This document shows, one piece after another, positions 21,507 through 29,861 of a stretch of DNA of 64,000 bases. Both the position numbers and the translations under genes were made by a program. How positions within the stretch are numbered: position 1 is the first letter of the stretch; every line of letters begins with the position of its first letter. The DNA comes from an uncultured Candidatus Saccharibacteria bacterium (GTDB taxonomy: Bacteria > Patescibacteriota > Minisyncoccia > UBA6257 > WO2-44-18). The notes below the pieces were generated by a model that saw only the letters and a list, made by a program, of their open reading frames with translations, searched no databases and was not told the origin of the DNA. The DNA is taken from assembly GCA_964637575.1 (NCBI GenBank), contig CAZWVU010000003.1, positions 65,586-129,585 of the forward strand. Direction: 5' to 3'.

Positions 21507-21588
21507 TGCCCAGGACTGGATTTGAACCAGCACGCCTTTCGGCGCTACCACCTCAAGGTAGTGCGTCTGCCAATTTCGCCACCTGGGC
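21507..21588 (-). tRNA. tRNA-Leu (anticodon GAG)
   Basis: Cloverleaf read on the minus strand: 7-bp acceptor stem GCCCAGG/CCTGGGC, anticodon loop TTGAGGT, long variable arm, T-loop GGTTCAAATCC. Confidence 0.8.
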
Positions 21589-21607
21589 TTATCCTTTCTT
21601 ATAACAG

Positions 21608-21640
21608 AAAAAAACCGCCTTGTTAAGCGGCGGTTTTTTC
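21608..21640. terminator. Bidirectional terminator
   Basis: aaccgcc / ggcggtt stem flanked by an A-run and a T-run. Overlaps the rplS stop codon. Confidence 0.5.
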
Positions 21641-22009
21641 TTCCTTCTTGGATTTCGCAGCGGCAACGGGGGCAGTCTTTTCTACCGCCTGGACACCCAG
21701 CTTCTGCCGGGTCTGTTTTTTGGACAAATCCCGGATATAATAGAGCTTCGCGCGCGAAACTTTCTTAGGCGAATTCAATATCTCCACCTTATCAATGCGG
21801 GGAGACCAGATCGGGTAGACTTTTTCCACGCCGACACCTTCCACGGTCGCGCGCACGGTAAACGTCGCGCCTTTTTCGCTTCCATGCTTGCGGGCAAGTA
21901 CCAACCCCTCAAAACGGGCCAAGCGTTCCTTGTCGCCTTCCTTTATTTTTTCCCAGACGCGGACGTTGGCGCCCGGCGCAATCCTCCCTAAAACTTCAGC
22001 GGAAATCAT
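21623..22009 (-). CDS. rplS: 50S ribosomal protein L19
   Basis: Characteristic L19 sequence (GANVRVWEKIKEGDKERLARFEGLVLARK...VEKVYPIWSPRIDKVEIL). Confidence 0.9.
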   Translation of the reverse strand: MISAEVLGRIAPGANVRVWEKIKEGDKERLARFEGLVLARKHGSEKGATFTVRATVEGVGVEKVYPIWSPRIDKVEILNSPKKVSRAKLYYIRDLSKKQTRQKLGVQAVEKTAPVAAAKSKKEEKTAA

Positions 22010-22069
22010 GTGGAATATAGTAAGCTATTCCTCTTAAAATTGCAAATAACGGGGTATACTAAGCTCATT

Positions 22070-23167
22070 ATGCGGATTCTCGCCGATGTGCGGCTGTTAA
22101 GCAGAGGGGGATCTTCCGGGATCGAAGAGTACACCAGGAATATTATGGCATCTTTGCGCGCGATCGATCGGGAAAATCAATACGACTTCTTTTATAACGG
22201 CCTGCGTTCCACGCCGCTTAATTTTCCGGGAAGTCCTTCTGTTATAAACTGGAACATTCCGAACAAATTGCTCGATGCCTCATTCCATTTTTTGAATTGG
22301 CCGCCGGTCGACAGGTTTATAAAAACCGACTTGGTGTTCAGTCCGCATTTCAATATTTTGAAAACCAGCCGGGCGCCCCGGGTGATCACGTTCCATGATC
22401 TTTCTTTTCTCCATCACCCGTACTTTTTTTCCCTGAAGCAGCGTTTTTGGCACTGGCTGCAGGATGCGGCGGGGCAGGCGAGAGAGGCGCGGCAGATTAT
22501 TGCGGTTTCAGAATTTACGAAGGCTGACCTGGTGCATCTGCTGGGAATTGCCCCGGAAAAAATAACCACGGTCTATTCGGGGATTTCCGAAGAATTCAGG
22601 AGGGTGCCGGTGGCGGATCAGGATGTCCGGCCATTCTTCCTTTCTTTGGGAACGCTTGAACCAAGGAAAAATGTGCCGGCAATTATTCAGGCGTTCAATA
22701 TCCTTAAGCAGGAAGCGCAGTTCGCCGACTGGCAGCTGGTGATTGCCGGCCGGCCCGGCTGGATTCATCAGCGTATCGACAAAGAAGCCGCCCGGTCTCC
22801 ATTCCGTTCTGATATTATTTTTACCGGATCAGTGCCGGCCCGTGAACGGGTGCTGTTATATAATGTAGCTAAGGTCTTTGTATACCCTTCATTTTTCGAA
22901 GGATTCGGCTTCCCGCCACTGGAGGCGCAGGCCTGCGGGTGTCCGGTGGTCGCGTCGGACCGCACGTCGCTTCCGGAGGTTCTCGGAAAGAGCGCCCTCC
23001 TGGTGAATCCCTGGAAATCCGAAGAACTGGCGATGGCGATGCGCGAGGCTGCTCTCAACGGGCGCGTGCGGGACCGGCTTGTCGCGGCCGGACTGGAAAA
23101 TGCGGCCCGATTTACCTGGAACGCCGCGGCCCGTCAAACATTGGAGGTATTTCAACGCTGTGTCTAA
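22070..23167 (+). CDS. Glycosyltransferase family 4 (GT-B fold)
   Basis: C-terminal EGFGFPPLEAQACGCPVVAS motif. Start at MRILAD (22070), divergent from rplS. Confidence 0.75.
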   Translation: MRILADVRLLSRGGSSGIEEYTRNIMASLRAIDRENQYDFFYNGLRSTPLNFPGSPSVINWNIPNKLLDASFHFLNWPPVDRFIKTDLVFSPHFNILKTSRAPRVITFHDLSFLHHPYFFSLKQRFWHWLQDAAGQAREARQIIAVSEFTKADLVHLLGIAPEKITTVYSGISEEFRRVPVADQDVRPFFLSLGTLEPRKNVPAIIQAFNILKQEAQFADWQLVIAGRPGWIHQRIDKEAARSPFRSDIIFTGSVPARERVLLYNVAKVFVYPSFFEGFGFPPLEAQACGCPVVASDRTSLPEVLGKSALLVNPWKSEELAMAMREAALNGRVRDRLVAAGLENAARFTWNAAARQTLEVFQRCV

Positions 23168-25103
23168 AAAATTTTTTGATATCAAACACCCCGAGCACAA
23201 AACTGCCACGCCGCGCGTGGTGCAGGTGATCCAGTTTCTGCCGTCCCTGCCGATTTTGAACAATACGAAACTCCGCCGGAGGATCGGCGCGGTGCTGGTG
23301 GCTGCCGCGGCCGGGATCATTCTCGTGTCCTTGTTCGGCGCGCATGTCTTTCAATTCAAGGAAGACGCGACGAACGCCGCGCCGAAAATCTACACGGATT
23401 TCAAGACGGGCGCCAAAGCCTTGTTCGGGTTTGACGTCGATAAAGCGCGGACCGCATTCGAATCGGCGCATCAGCAGGTGGCGGCGTTGAATGAACAGGA
23501 ACCGTTGAGCGCGGTATCCACAATTTTGAGCGATCTTTTCCGGGTGAGCCAGGGTGCCGTGAATATCAGCACATCACTTGCCGATCTCCAGCAGAACGGC
23601 CTGTCATTAATGCTTGGCAAGCGTGGCAAGGAACTGATGGCGATACTCCATGCCATTCAGGATAATCTGGCCGACGTGCACGCGGTGAGCGGGGATCTCA
23701 TCAGCCGCGCGGCCGTTTCCGGGTATGATCTTGGCCCGGGGTTCAGCGATATGGGAGATAAACTGGGCAAGGCGGACGAGTTTCTTTCCGCATTCCTGTC
23801 CTGGATGGGGTCGGCCAACCGGCAGCGGATGCTCGTCTTTTTCCAGAATCCTTCGGAGATGCGTCCCACGGGAGGATTTATCGGCAGCTATGGAATCGCC
23901 ACCCTCTTTCAGGGAAATTTTCTGGATCTTGCCGTGCGGGATATTTACGATCCGGATGGTCAGCTGGACGTGAAGGTGGTGCCGCCAAAACCCCTGCAGG
24001 GAGTAACCGGCTGGTGGGGGGCGCGGGACGCGAACTGGTTCTTCGATTTCCCGACTTCGGCGAAGAAGGTCACGCAATTTCTGGAGGCATCAAAGCTGTA
24101 TAAGGAGCAGGGAGTGACGTTCAGCGGTGCGGTTGCGGTAAATGTCGAAGTGCTCGGTGACGTGCTCGACGTGCTCGGTCCCATCGATCTTCCCGAATAT
24201 CAACTCACTATTACCAAAGACAATTTTCTTAAAGAGTTGCAGGAAGAAGTGGAGGCCGGGAAGGACAAGTTCCAGGGACAGCCCAAGCGGATTTTGAAAG
24301 TGCTCGCGCCGGCGATTTTTGAAAAACTCGGGCAGCTTTCCGGAGACCAGAAGCAATTGCTGGCGCAGAAATTCGCGAAGCGCATCGCGTCAAAAGATAT
24401 TATGGTGTATTTCAAGGATCCGGTTATCGAATCCTACGCGCAGTCACTGGGGGTGGCGGGGGAGGTCGCGGCCTTGCCGGAGAATTTCTTCGGGGATTAT
24501 CTCGCGGTGGTGAATGCGAGCGTGGCGGGCGGCAAGAGCGACGCCATGATCGAGCAGCGTATGAAACTGGTGAGCGCCGTTGAAATTGACGGGCGGATCC
24601 ACGATCAGCTGACCATTACCAAAACGCACCAGGGTGCCAATGAGCAGGAGTGGTGGTACCGGGCGACGAATCACGATTATCTCCAGGTCTATGTGCCGAA
24701 CGGCAGCCGGCTGCTGCGCGTGAAGGGTAATACGGAAAAAGCCCTCACACCGCTTGTTGCCTATGCCGGCAGAGCATTCTCCACGGATAAGGATGTAACG
24801 GATCTGGAAGCCGGATCATTTATGGGAAAGGATATTTTTACCGCCTGGCTGGATACCAAAGCCGGCGCGCACACTACGATCGGGTTTGATTACTACGGTC
24901 CTTACCGGTTTTCATTCCGGCCCGGCGAGTACCAGTTCATATTCGACAAACAATCCGGATATCACGGCGGGCTTGATCTGGAGCTTCATGCCCCCGATGG
25001 TTTTCAATGGCAGGAAACCAGCTCCCCGGTTTTTACCGCTTCGTATGACGATCTTCCGGCGCGGCTAGCATTGCAGCTACATCTCGCGGCGGTTCCGCGG
25101 TAA
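23160..25103 (+). CDS. DUF4012-like membrane-anchored extracellular protein
   Basis: N-terminal TM helix. Conserved FFQNPSEMRPTGGFIGSYG core, as in DUF4012 proteins found next to envelope glycosyltransferases. Probable GTG start at 23160 overlapping the GT stop by 8 nt. 3' end overlaps the convergent rluA-family gene by 71 nt. Confidence 0.45.
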   Translation: MSKKFFDIKHPEHKTATPRVVQVIQFLPSLPILNNTKLRRRIGAVLVAAAAGIILVSLFGAHVFQFKEDATNAAPKIYTDFKTGAKALFGFDVDKARTAFESAHQQVAALNEQEPLSAVSTILSDLFRVSQGAVNISTSLADLQQNGLSLMLGKRGKELMAILHAIQDNLADVHAVSGDLISRAAVSGYDLGPGFSDMGDKLGKADEFLSAFLSWMGSANRQRMLVFFQNPSEMRPTGGFIGSYGIATLFQGNFLDLAVRDIYDPDGQLDVKVVPPKPLQGVTGWWGARDANWFFDFPTSAKKVTQFLEASKLYKEQGVTFSGAVAVNVEVLGDVLDVLGPIDLPEYQLTITKDNFLKELQEEVEAGKDKFQGQPKRILKVLAPAIFEKLGQLSGDQKQLLAQKFAKRIASKDIMVYFKDPVIESYAQSLGVAGEVAALPENFFGDYLAVVNASVAGGKSDAMIEQRMKLVSAVEIDGRIHDQLTITKTHQGANEQEWWYRATNHDYLQVYVPNGSRLLRVKGNTEKALTPLVAYAGRAFSTDKDVTDLEAGSFMGKDIFTAWLDTKAGAHTTIGFDYYGPYRFSFRPGEYQFIFDKQSGYHGGLDLELHAPDGFQWQETSSPVFTASYDDLPARLALQLHLAAVPR

Positions 25104-25752
25104 AACGTGCCGTCTTCCCGTTGGGGAGGGTGAGTTCCAGCGACTGCGCGTGAAGCATTAACCGGGAAACTCCCTTCGGCAGTTCCCGCTGGCTGTAAAG
25201 CCGGTCACCTACGACCGGATGTTTGATGGCGGCGAGATGCACCCTGATCTGATGGGTGCGGCCGGTCAGCGGCTCCGCCTCCACGACGCTGTACGGTCCG
25301 ATTTCCCGCATGACCCGGTAAATGGTCTTCGCTTCTTTTACGAGCTTCGTGTCCAGATCTATTTTTATCGTGCGCTTGAGCGTTCCGGGTTTGATCCCAA
25401 TCGGTTTTTCGATGATTCCGGAGTGCATCTCAAATGTTCCCCAGACGATTGCCAGATAGACCTTCCGGATGTTTCTGGATTGGAATTGTTTTTTTAAAAA
25501 TTCGAATGCCGCCTGTGTTTTGGCGACAATCATCACGCCCGAAGTTTCTTTGTCGAGACGATGGACGATGCCCGGGCGGAGCTCCGGATCGTCTCCGACT
25601 TTTTTGATGGACGGATACCGTTTGATAAGCCACGCGACCAGCGTGCGGCCGCCCGGATGGGCTTTGATTCCGTGTACCAAAAGTCCGGCGGGTTTGTTGA
25701 TGACCAGCACGTCTTTATCCTCGTAAAGAACTTTCGGTAATAAGGAAGTCAT
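25033..25752 (-). CDS. RluA-family pseudouridine synthase
   Basis: Catalytic HRLDKETSGVMIVAKT motif. Confidence 0.75.
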   Translation of the reverse strand: MTSLLPKVLYEDKDVLVINKPAGLLVHGIKAHPGGRTLVAWLIKRYPSIKKVGDDPELRPGIVHRLDKETSGVMIVAKTQAAFEFLKKQFQSRNIRKVYLAIVWGTFEMHSGIIEKPIGIKPGTLKRTIKIDLDTKLVKEAKTIYRVMREIGPYSVVEAEPLTGRTHQIRVHLAAIKHPVVGDRLYSQRELPKGVSRLMLHAQSLELTLPNGKTARFTAEPPRDVAAMLAAPEDRHTKR

Positions 25753-25753
25753 G

Positions 25754-25825
25754 TGCGCCCTGCTGGGATCGAACCAGCGACCTTTTCAATGTCAATGAAA
25801 CGCTCTACCACTGAGCTAAGGGCGC
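25754..25825 (-). tRNA. tRNA-Val (anticodon GAC)
   Basis: Acceptor stem GCGCCCT/AGGGCGC, anticodon loop TTGACAT, T-loop GGTTCGATCC. No CCA encoded. Confidence 0.8.
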
Positions 25826-25847
25826 ATTTATGCAAAAACCAGAGGTT

Positions 25848-25932
25848 TGGTGCCCGGGGCGAGAGTCGAACTCGCATGCCGTAAGGCGCACGATTTTGAG
25901 TCGTGTGCGTCTGCCAGTTCCGCCACCCGGGC
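25848..25932 (-). tRNA. tRNA-Leu (anticodon CAA)
   Basis: Acceptor stem GCCCGGG/CCCGGGC, anticodon loop CTCAAAA, long variable arm. CCA encoded. Confidence 0.8.
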
Positions 25933-25988
25933 ATTTTTGTGATGAACTATTAATAATTTACGGGATTTTGTAGTAAAATGGAAGGGTT

Positions 25989-26864
25989 ATGCAAGAAACC
26001 AATCCGCCGGTCCAGGGACCGGTGTTCCTTATCGAAGTAGATAAAATTACTCCCAATCCGCAACAGCCACGGCGGGATTTTGATGAAACCGCGCTTCAGG
26101 AGTTGGCGAGCTCCATCCGCGAGTTCGGGATCCTGCAGCCGATCGTAGTGACGAAGATTGAGGAGATGAAAGACAGCGGCACCGATGTCCGTTACATTCT
26201 CATCGCGGGAGAGCGGCGCTGGCGGGCCGCCCAGATTGCCGGGCTCGAGCGCATTCCGGCGGTGATCAAGAGTGTGAATCTGGCGAAGGACCGGCTGGAA
26301 CTCGCGATTATTGAAAACGTCCAGCGCGAGAATCTGAATCCGATCGAATCGGCGCGCGCCTACGCGCGTTTGTCGGATGAATTCGGACTGACCCAGCGGG
26401 AAGTAGCGGCTCGGCTCGGCAAAAGCCGCGAAGTGATCGCCAATACGATCCGGTTATTGAGCCTCCCGACCGCCATTCAGGACGCGATTTCCAAAAACCA
26501 GATCAGCGAAAGCCAAGGGCGGCTGCTGTTAACGGTGACTGAACAGGCCCAGCAGCAGGCGTTATTCGAAGATCTTTTGCGGAACAGCATCAGTGTCCGC
26601 GAGCTGCGCTCCCGGATTCAGACTTTGCAAAAACCGGCTCCCATTCCGGAGCAGGTTCCCGTAATTCACGCGATTGACCCGGAAACCGTTTCGCTTCAGC
26701 GAGAGTTGGAAGGTGCGCTTGGGGCGCCGGTAAAAGTGGAGCGCTCCGGCGAAACCGGTAAGCTGATCATCACGTTCTATTCTCCCGAAGAATTGCGCGG
26801 GATCATTGAGCGGTTAAAAGGCGGAACTACACAAGACGGTACGTTGCCTCCTTTATCTCTTTAA
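25989..26864 (+). CDS. parB: ParB/Spo0J-family partition protein (no adjacent parA)
   Basis: ParB box motifs (ILQPIVV; LIAGERRWRAAQIAGL) and an HTH. Confidence 0.8.
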   Translation: MQETNPPVQGPVFLIEVDKITPNPQQPRRDFDETALQELASSIREFGILQPIVVTKIEEMKDSGTDVRYILIAGERRWRAAQIAGLERIPAVIKSVNLAKDRLELAIIENVQRENLNPIESARAYARLSDEFGLTQREVAARLGKSREVIANTIRLLSLPTAIQDAISKNQISESQGRLLLTVTEQAQQQALFEDLLRNSISVRELRSRIQTLQKPAPIPEQVPVIHAIDPETVSLQRELEGALGAPVKVERSGETGKLIITFYSPEELRGIIERLKGGTTQDGTLPPLSL

Positions 26865-28500
26865 TCTTTTTCAGTTTTTCCAGAAGTTTTTCCGCTTTTT
26901 CTTTCGGCAATACGCCGCACTGAATTTTTACCAGCGGCAGTTTGGTGTTGATGGACTGAATGTTCACGTGCGACCGGCTGATGATGCCGGTAATTTCGCT
27001 GAGCAGGCCGATGCGGTCCGCGACGGAAAATCTGAATTCGGCCGTTTTCGGCTCGCGGCGCTTCAGGGACGGGCTGCCGTGGCGGAGCGCCGCGCGGATA
27101 TGGTTGCGGGCGTTGCCGGTATGCACGAATTCCAGCCAGGCCTCGGACGGTCCCTTATTTTTCTGCGTCATAATTTCCACCACGTCGCCGGATTTCAGCG
27201 GATGTTCCAGCGGCATGATCTTTCCGTTTACCTTTGCGCCGGCGCAGTGATTCCCGACATCGGTGTGGATCTGATAGGCAAAATCCACCGGCGTGGCTCC
27301 GACCGGCAGATCGATGACCTCGCCTTTCGGGGTGAGGGTGAGGATGCGGTCTTTGAAAAAATCGATTTTCAGCGACTGGACGAACTCTTCCGTGTTGGTG
27401 AAGTTTTTCTGCCAGTTGCGGAGCTGCTGGATCCAGGACAATTCTTTTTTATTGGCGAAGGCGGTCGAGCGTTCCAGATAATCCCGGGTATTTTTAATCT
27501 GCTGATAGGCGAAGTGGGCGGCGATGCCGTTTTCCGCCTCCTCGTGCATCTGTTCGGTCTTGATCTGCACTTCGGTGATTTTATTTTCCGGACCGAAGAC
27601 GGTGGTGTGAAGCGAACGGTAGCCGTTCGGCTTGGGAAGGGCGATGTAATCCTTAAAACGGTGGGGAACCGGCGGCCAGATTTTATGCACCGTGCCCAGC
27701 GCGGCATAGCAGTCTTCCAGAGACTTCACCATCACCCGCATGGCCACCAGGTCGTAAATACTGTCCACATTCATATCGTAGCGGAGCATTTTTTTGTAGA
27801 GGCTGGTGTACCGCTTCGCCCGCGATTCCATCCGGACGATTTTCACGCCGTCTTTTTTAAGCTCGTGTTCGAGGATCGGCTGAATGCGTTTGGAATACCG
27901 CTCGCGTTCTTCGAAGCGTTCTTTCACGTTGGCGATGATCCATTTGTATTCCTGCGGATAAAGGTAAGGGAAGGCGAGATCTTCCAGTTCGCCGCTTAAC
28001 TTTTGCATCCCGAGGCGGTAGGCGAGCGGCGCGTAGATTTCCATTGTTTCGAGCGCGATCCGCTTCTGTTTGGCCGGAGGAAGCGCGTACAGCGTCTTCA
28101 TATTATTAAGGCGGTCGGCGAGTTTCACGAGAATGACGCGGATATCCTGGCTCAAGTACAAAATAAATTTGCGGAGGTTTTCCACTTTGGCTTCCACGCC
28201 GCGGTAGCGGACTTTGCCGATTTTCGTCACGCCGTCCACGAGAAACGCCACCTCTTCGCCGAATTCATTCCGGACATCCTGAAGCGTGAAACTGGTGTCT
28301 TCCACGGTGTCATGAAGGAGTGCTGCGGCCACCGTCGCCTCGTCCAGCCCCCACTCCACGATCTCCTCCGCCGCCGCGATCGGATGATTGAAATACGGCT
28401 CGCCATTTTTTCGCTTCTGGCCCGCGTGAGCTTTTTTGGCGAAGTCGTAAGCGTTCCTCACGAGATCGCTTTTGCGAAGGATGTCGTTCAGAGTTGCCAT
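26827..28500 (-). CDS. rel: Bifunctional (p)ppGpp synthetase/hydrolase Rel/SpoT homologue (short)
   Basis: HD hydrolase motif (HDTVEDT), RelA/SpoT synthetase domain, then TGS and C-terminal regulatory region. Confidence 0.85.
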   Translation of the reverse strand: MATLNDILRKSDLVRNAYDFAKKAHAGQKRKNGEPYFNHPIAAAEEIVEWGLDEATVAAALLHDTVEDTSFTLQDVRNEFGEEVAFLVDGVTKIGKVRYRGVEAKVENLRKFILYLSQDIRVILVKLADRLNNMKTLYALPPAKQKRIALETMEIYAPLAYRLGMQKLSGELEDLAFPYLYPQEYKWIIANVKERFEERERYSKRIQPILEHELKKDGVKIVRMESRAKRYTSLYKKMLRYDMNVDSIYDLVAMRVMVKSLEDCYAALGTVHKIWPPVPHRFKDYIALPKPNGYRSLHTTVFGPENKITEVQIKTEQMHEEAENGIAAHFAYQQIKNTRDYLERSTAFANKKELSWIQQLRNWQKNFTNTEEFVQSLKIDFFKDRILTLTPKGEVIDLPVGATPVDFAYQIHTDVGNHCAGAKVNGKIMPLEHPLKSGDVVEIMTQKNKGPSEAWLEFVHTGNARNHIRAALRHGSPSLKRREPKTAEFRFSVADRIGLLSEITGIISRSHVNIQSINTKLPLVKIQCGVLPKEKAEKLLEKLKKIKEIKEATYRLV

Positions 28501-28815
28501 TTTCTTACCTTCACGCTATCGTACTATCAGTTTTTTTGAAAGGAGGTAGGCCTCTTCTTTCACACAAGCTCTGTGCGCGATGCCGGCTATTTTCTGCAGG
28601 CACTAGGCGCGACGACGAAGGCGTAGACTCTACGCCGAGGAGGAGCAACGCCGTGGCGGTCGGAAAATAGCCACATCCCTTCGGGTTGGTGCTAAAATCA
28701 TCTATCGCGGCGTCGCTCATCCTTGAAATAGAGTCTATATCTGCGTCCTCGCTCCTGGCGCTGGCTGATTTTAGCTACCAACGCGCAGGAGATTTGTGTG
28801 GAAAGGAGAGGTCTA

Positions 28816-29832
28816 ATGAGGGCATTCCAGTCGTTGTGCGACTTCGCGCACGATCCTTCGACCGGCCTGAAGCACATCCGGATCAATCACGACGCGATCG
28901 TCGCGCTGGCGAAAACATTTGCCGGCAAAGAACCGTCCGCGCCGAACTGGCGCCAACCGGCGGAGATTTTTCCGGAAAACGATTTCGTCTATGCGAATCA
29001 TGAATTTTACCGGAACGCGATCAACGCCTGCTACGCGGACCCGGCGAATCCCGACGCGAAGTTCGGCATCGCGGCCAAGAAACTTTCCGGCTCGATGGCG
29101 ATGGGTCACTGCTTCTGGCGGAAGTTCGGCGAGCGGCCGGTCAGCCCCGACGATATTCTGGAACTGACCGACACGCCGGGTGTCTTGGAAGAGTTCTTCC
29201 GCGCCGACGTGCCTATCCCTCTTCTGGAAAAACGGCGGCAGAATCTCCGTCAATGCGCCGTGGTTCTGGAAAAATACTTTGACGGAGATCCGCTGAATAT
29301 TCTGGAGCAGTCGCGCTACCGCGTGCTTCTCGATCCCCAGGAAGGAAATGCCGGGATTGTGGATCACCTTTTTGAGTATTTCCCGGATGCGTTCGGCCAG
29401 GATTACGCGGTCTGGAAGGATCACGTTCTTACGTTCGCGAAGCGCGCCCAGCTCTGGCCGTGTCTCTATCAGGGACGGGCGCTGGAGCCGGGGAGCAAAC
29501 TCCAACCGCTCGCGGATCCGGAGAACATCGGTCCGATTCTGGATTACCACGTGGTCAACGTGCTCCGGTATCACGGCTGCCTGGAATATTCTCCAGAACT
29601 CGCGGCGAAAGTGGACAGCCGGACCCCGATCGCGCGCCACAGCCCGGAAGAGATTGAGATGCGGGCGAAGGCGGGCGCCGTGATCGTCAAGCTGGTGGAG
29701 CTCATCAATGCGATGCGTCCCGCCGGCGTCCGTCAGTGGACCGGCGTGGAGATCGACGCGGCGCTCTGGCTCTTCGGCCGGGAAGCCGCGAAGAAACATC
29801 CCTACCACCTCTGCCTGACGATGGATTACTAA
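28816..29832 (+). CDS. Hypothetical protein; possibly Q_salvage/DUF2419-like, unverified
   Basis: AAGGAGAGG Shine-Dalgarno 5 nt before the ATG at 28816. GC-rich. The family assignment is tentative and from recollection only. Confidence 0.45.
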   Translation: MRAFQSLCDFAHDPSTGLKHIRINHDAIVALAKTFAGKEPSAPNWRQPAEIFPENDFVYANHEFYRNAINACYADPANPDAKFGIAAKKLSGSMAMGHCFWRKFGERPVSPDDILELTDTPGVLEEFFRADVPIPLLEKRRQNLRQCAVVLEKYFDGDPLNILEQSRYRVLLDPQEGNAGIVDHLFEYFPDAFGQDYAVWKDHVLTFAKRAQLWPCLYQGRALEPGSKLQPLADPENIGPILDYHVVNVLRYHGCLEYSPELAAKVDSRTPIARHSPEEIEMRAKAGAVIVKLVELINAMRPAGVRQWTGVEIDAALWLFGREAAKKHPYHLCLTMDY

Positions 29833-29861
29833 CATCTTCAATACCAAAACTAAACCACCGA

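Noticed and set aside
26968-27999. 343-aa plus-strand ORF antisense to rel; likewise 28813-29847 (minus), 38383-39534 (plus), 40436-41383 (minus), 42055-43140 (minus), 48227-49636 (plus), 53298-54335 (minus), 20097-21110 (plus), 6009-6932 (minus), 18493-19407 (minus)
   Set aside because: All are long antisense frames within GC-rich genes that have clear domain identities on the opposite strand. Their protein sequences are Arg/Gly/Pro-rich low-complexity with no motifs.
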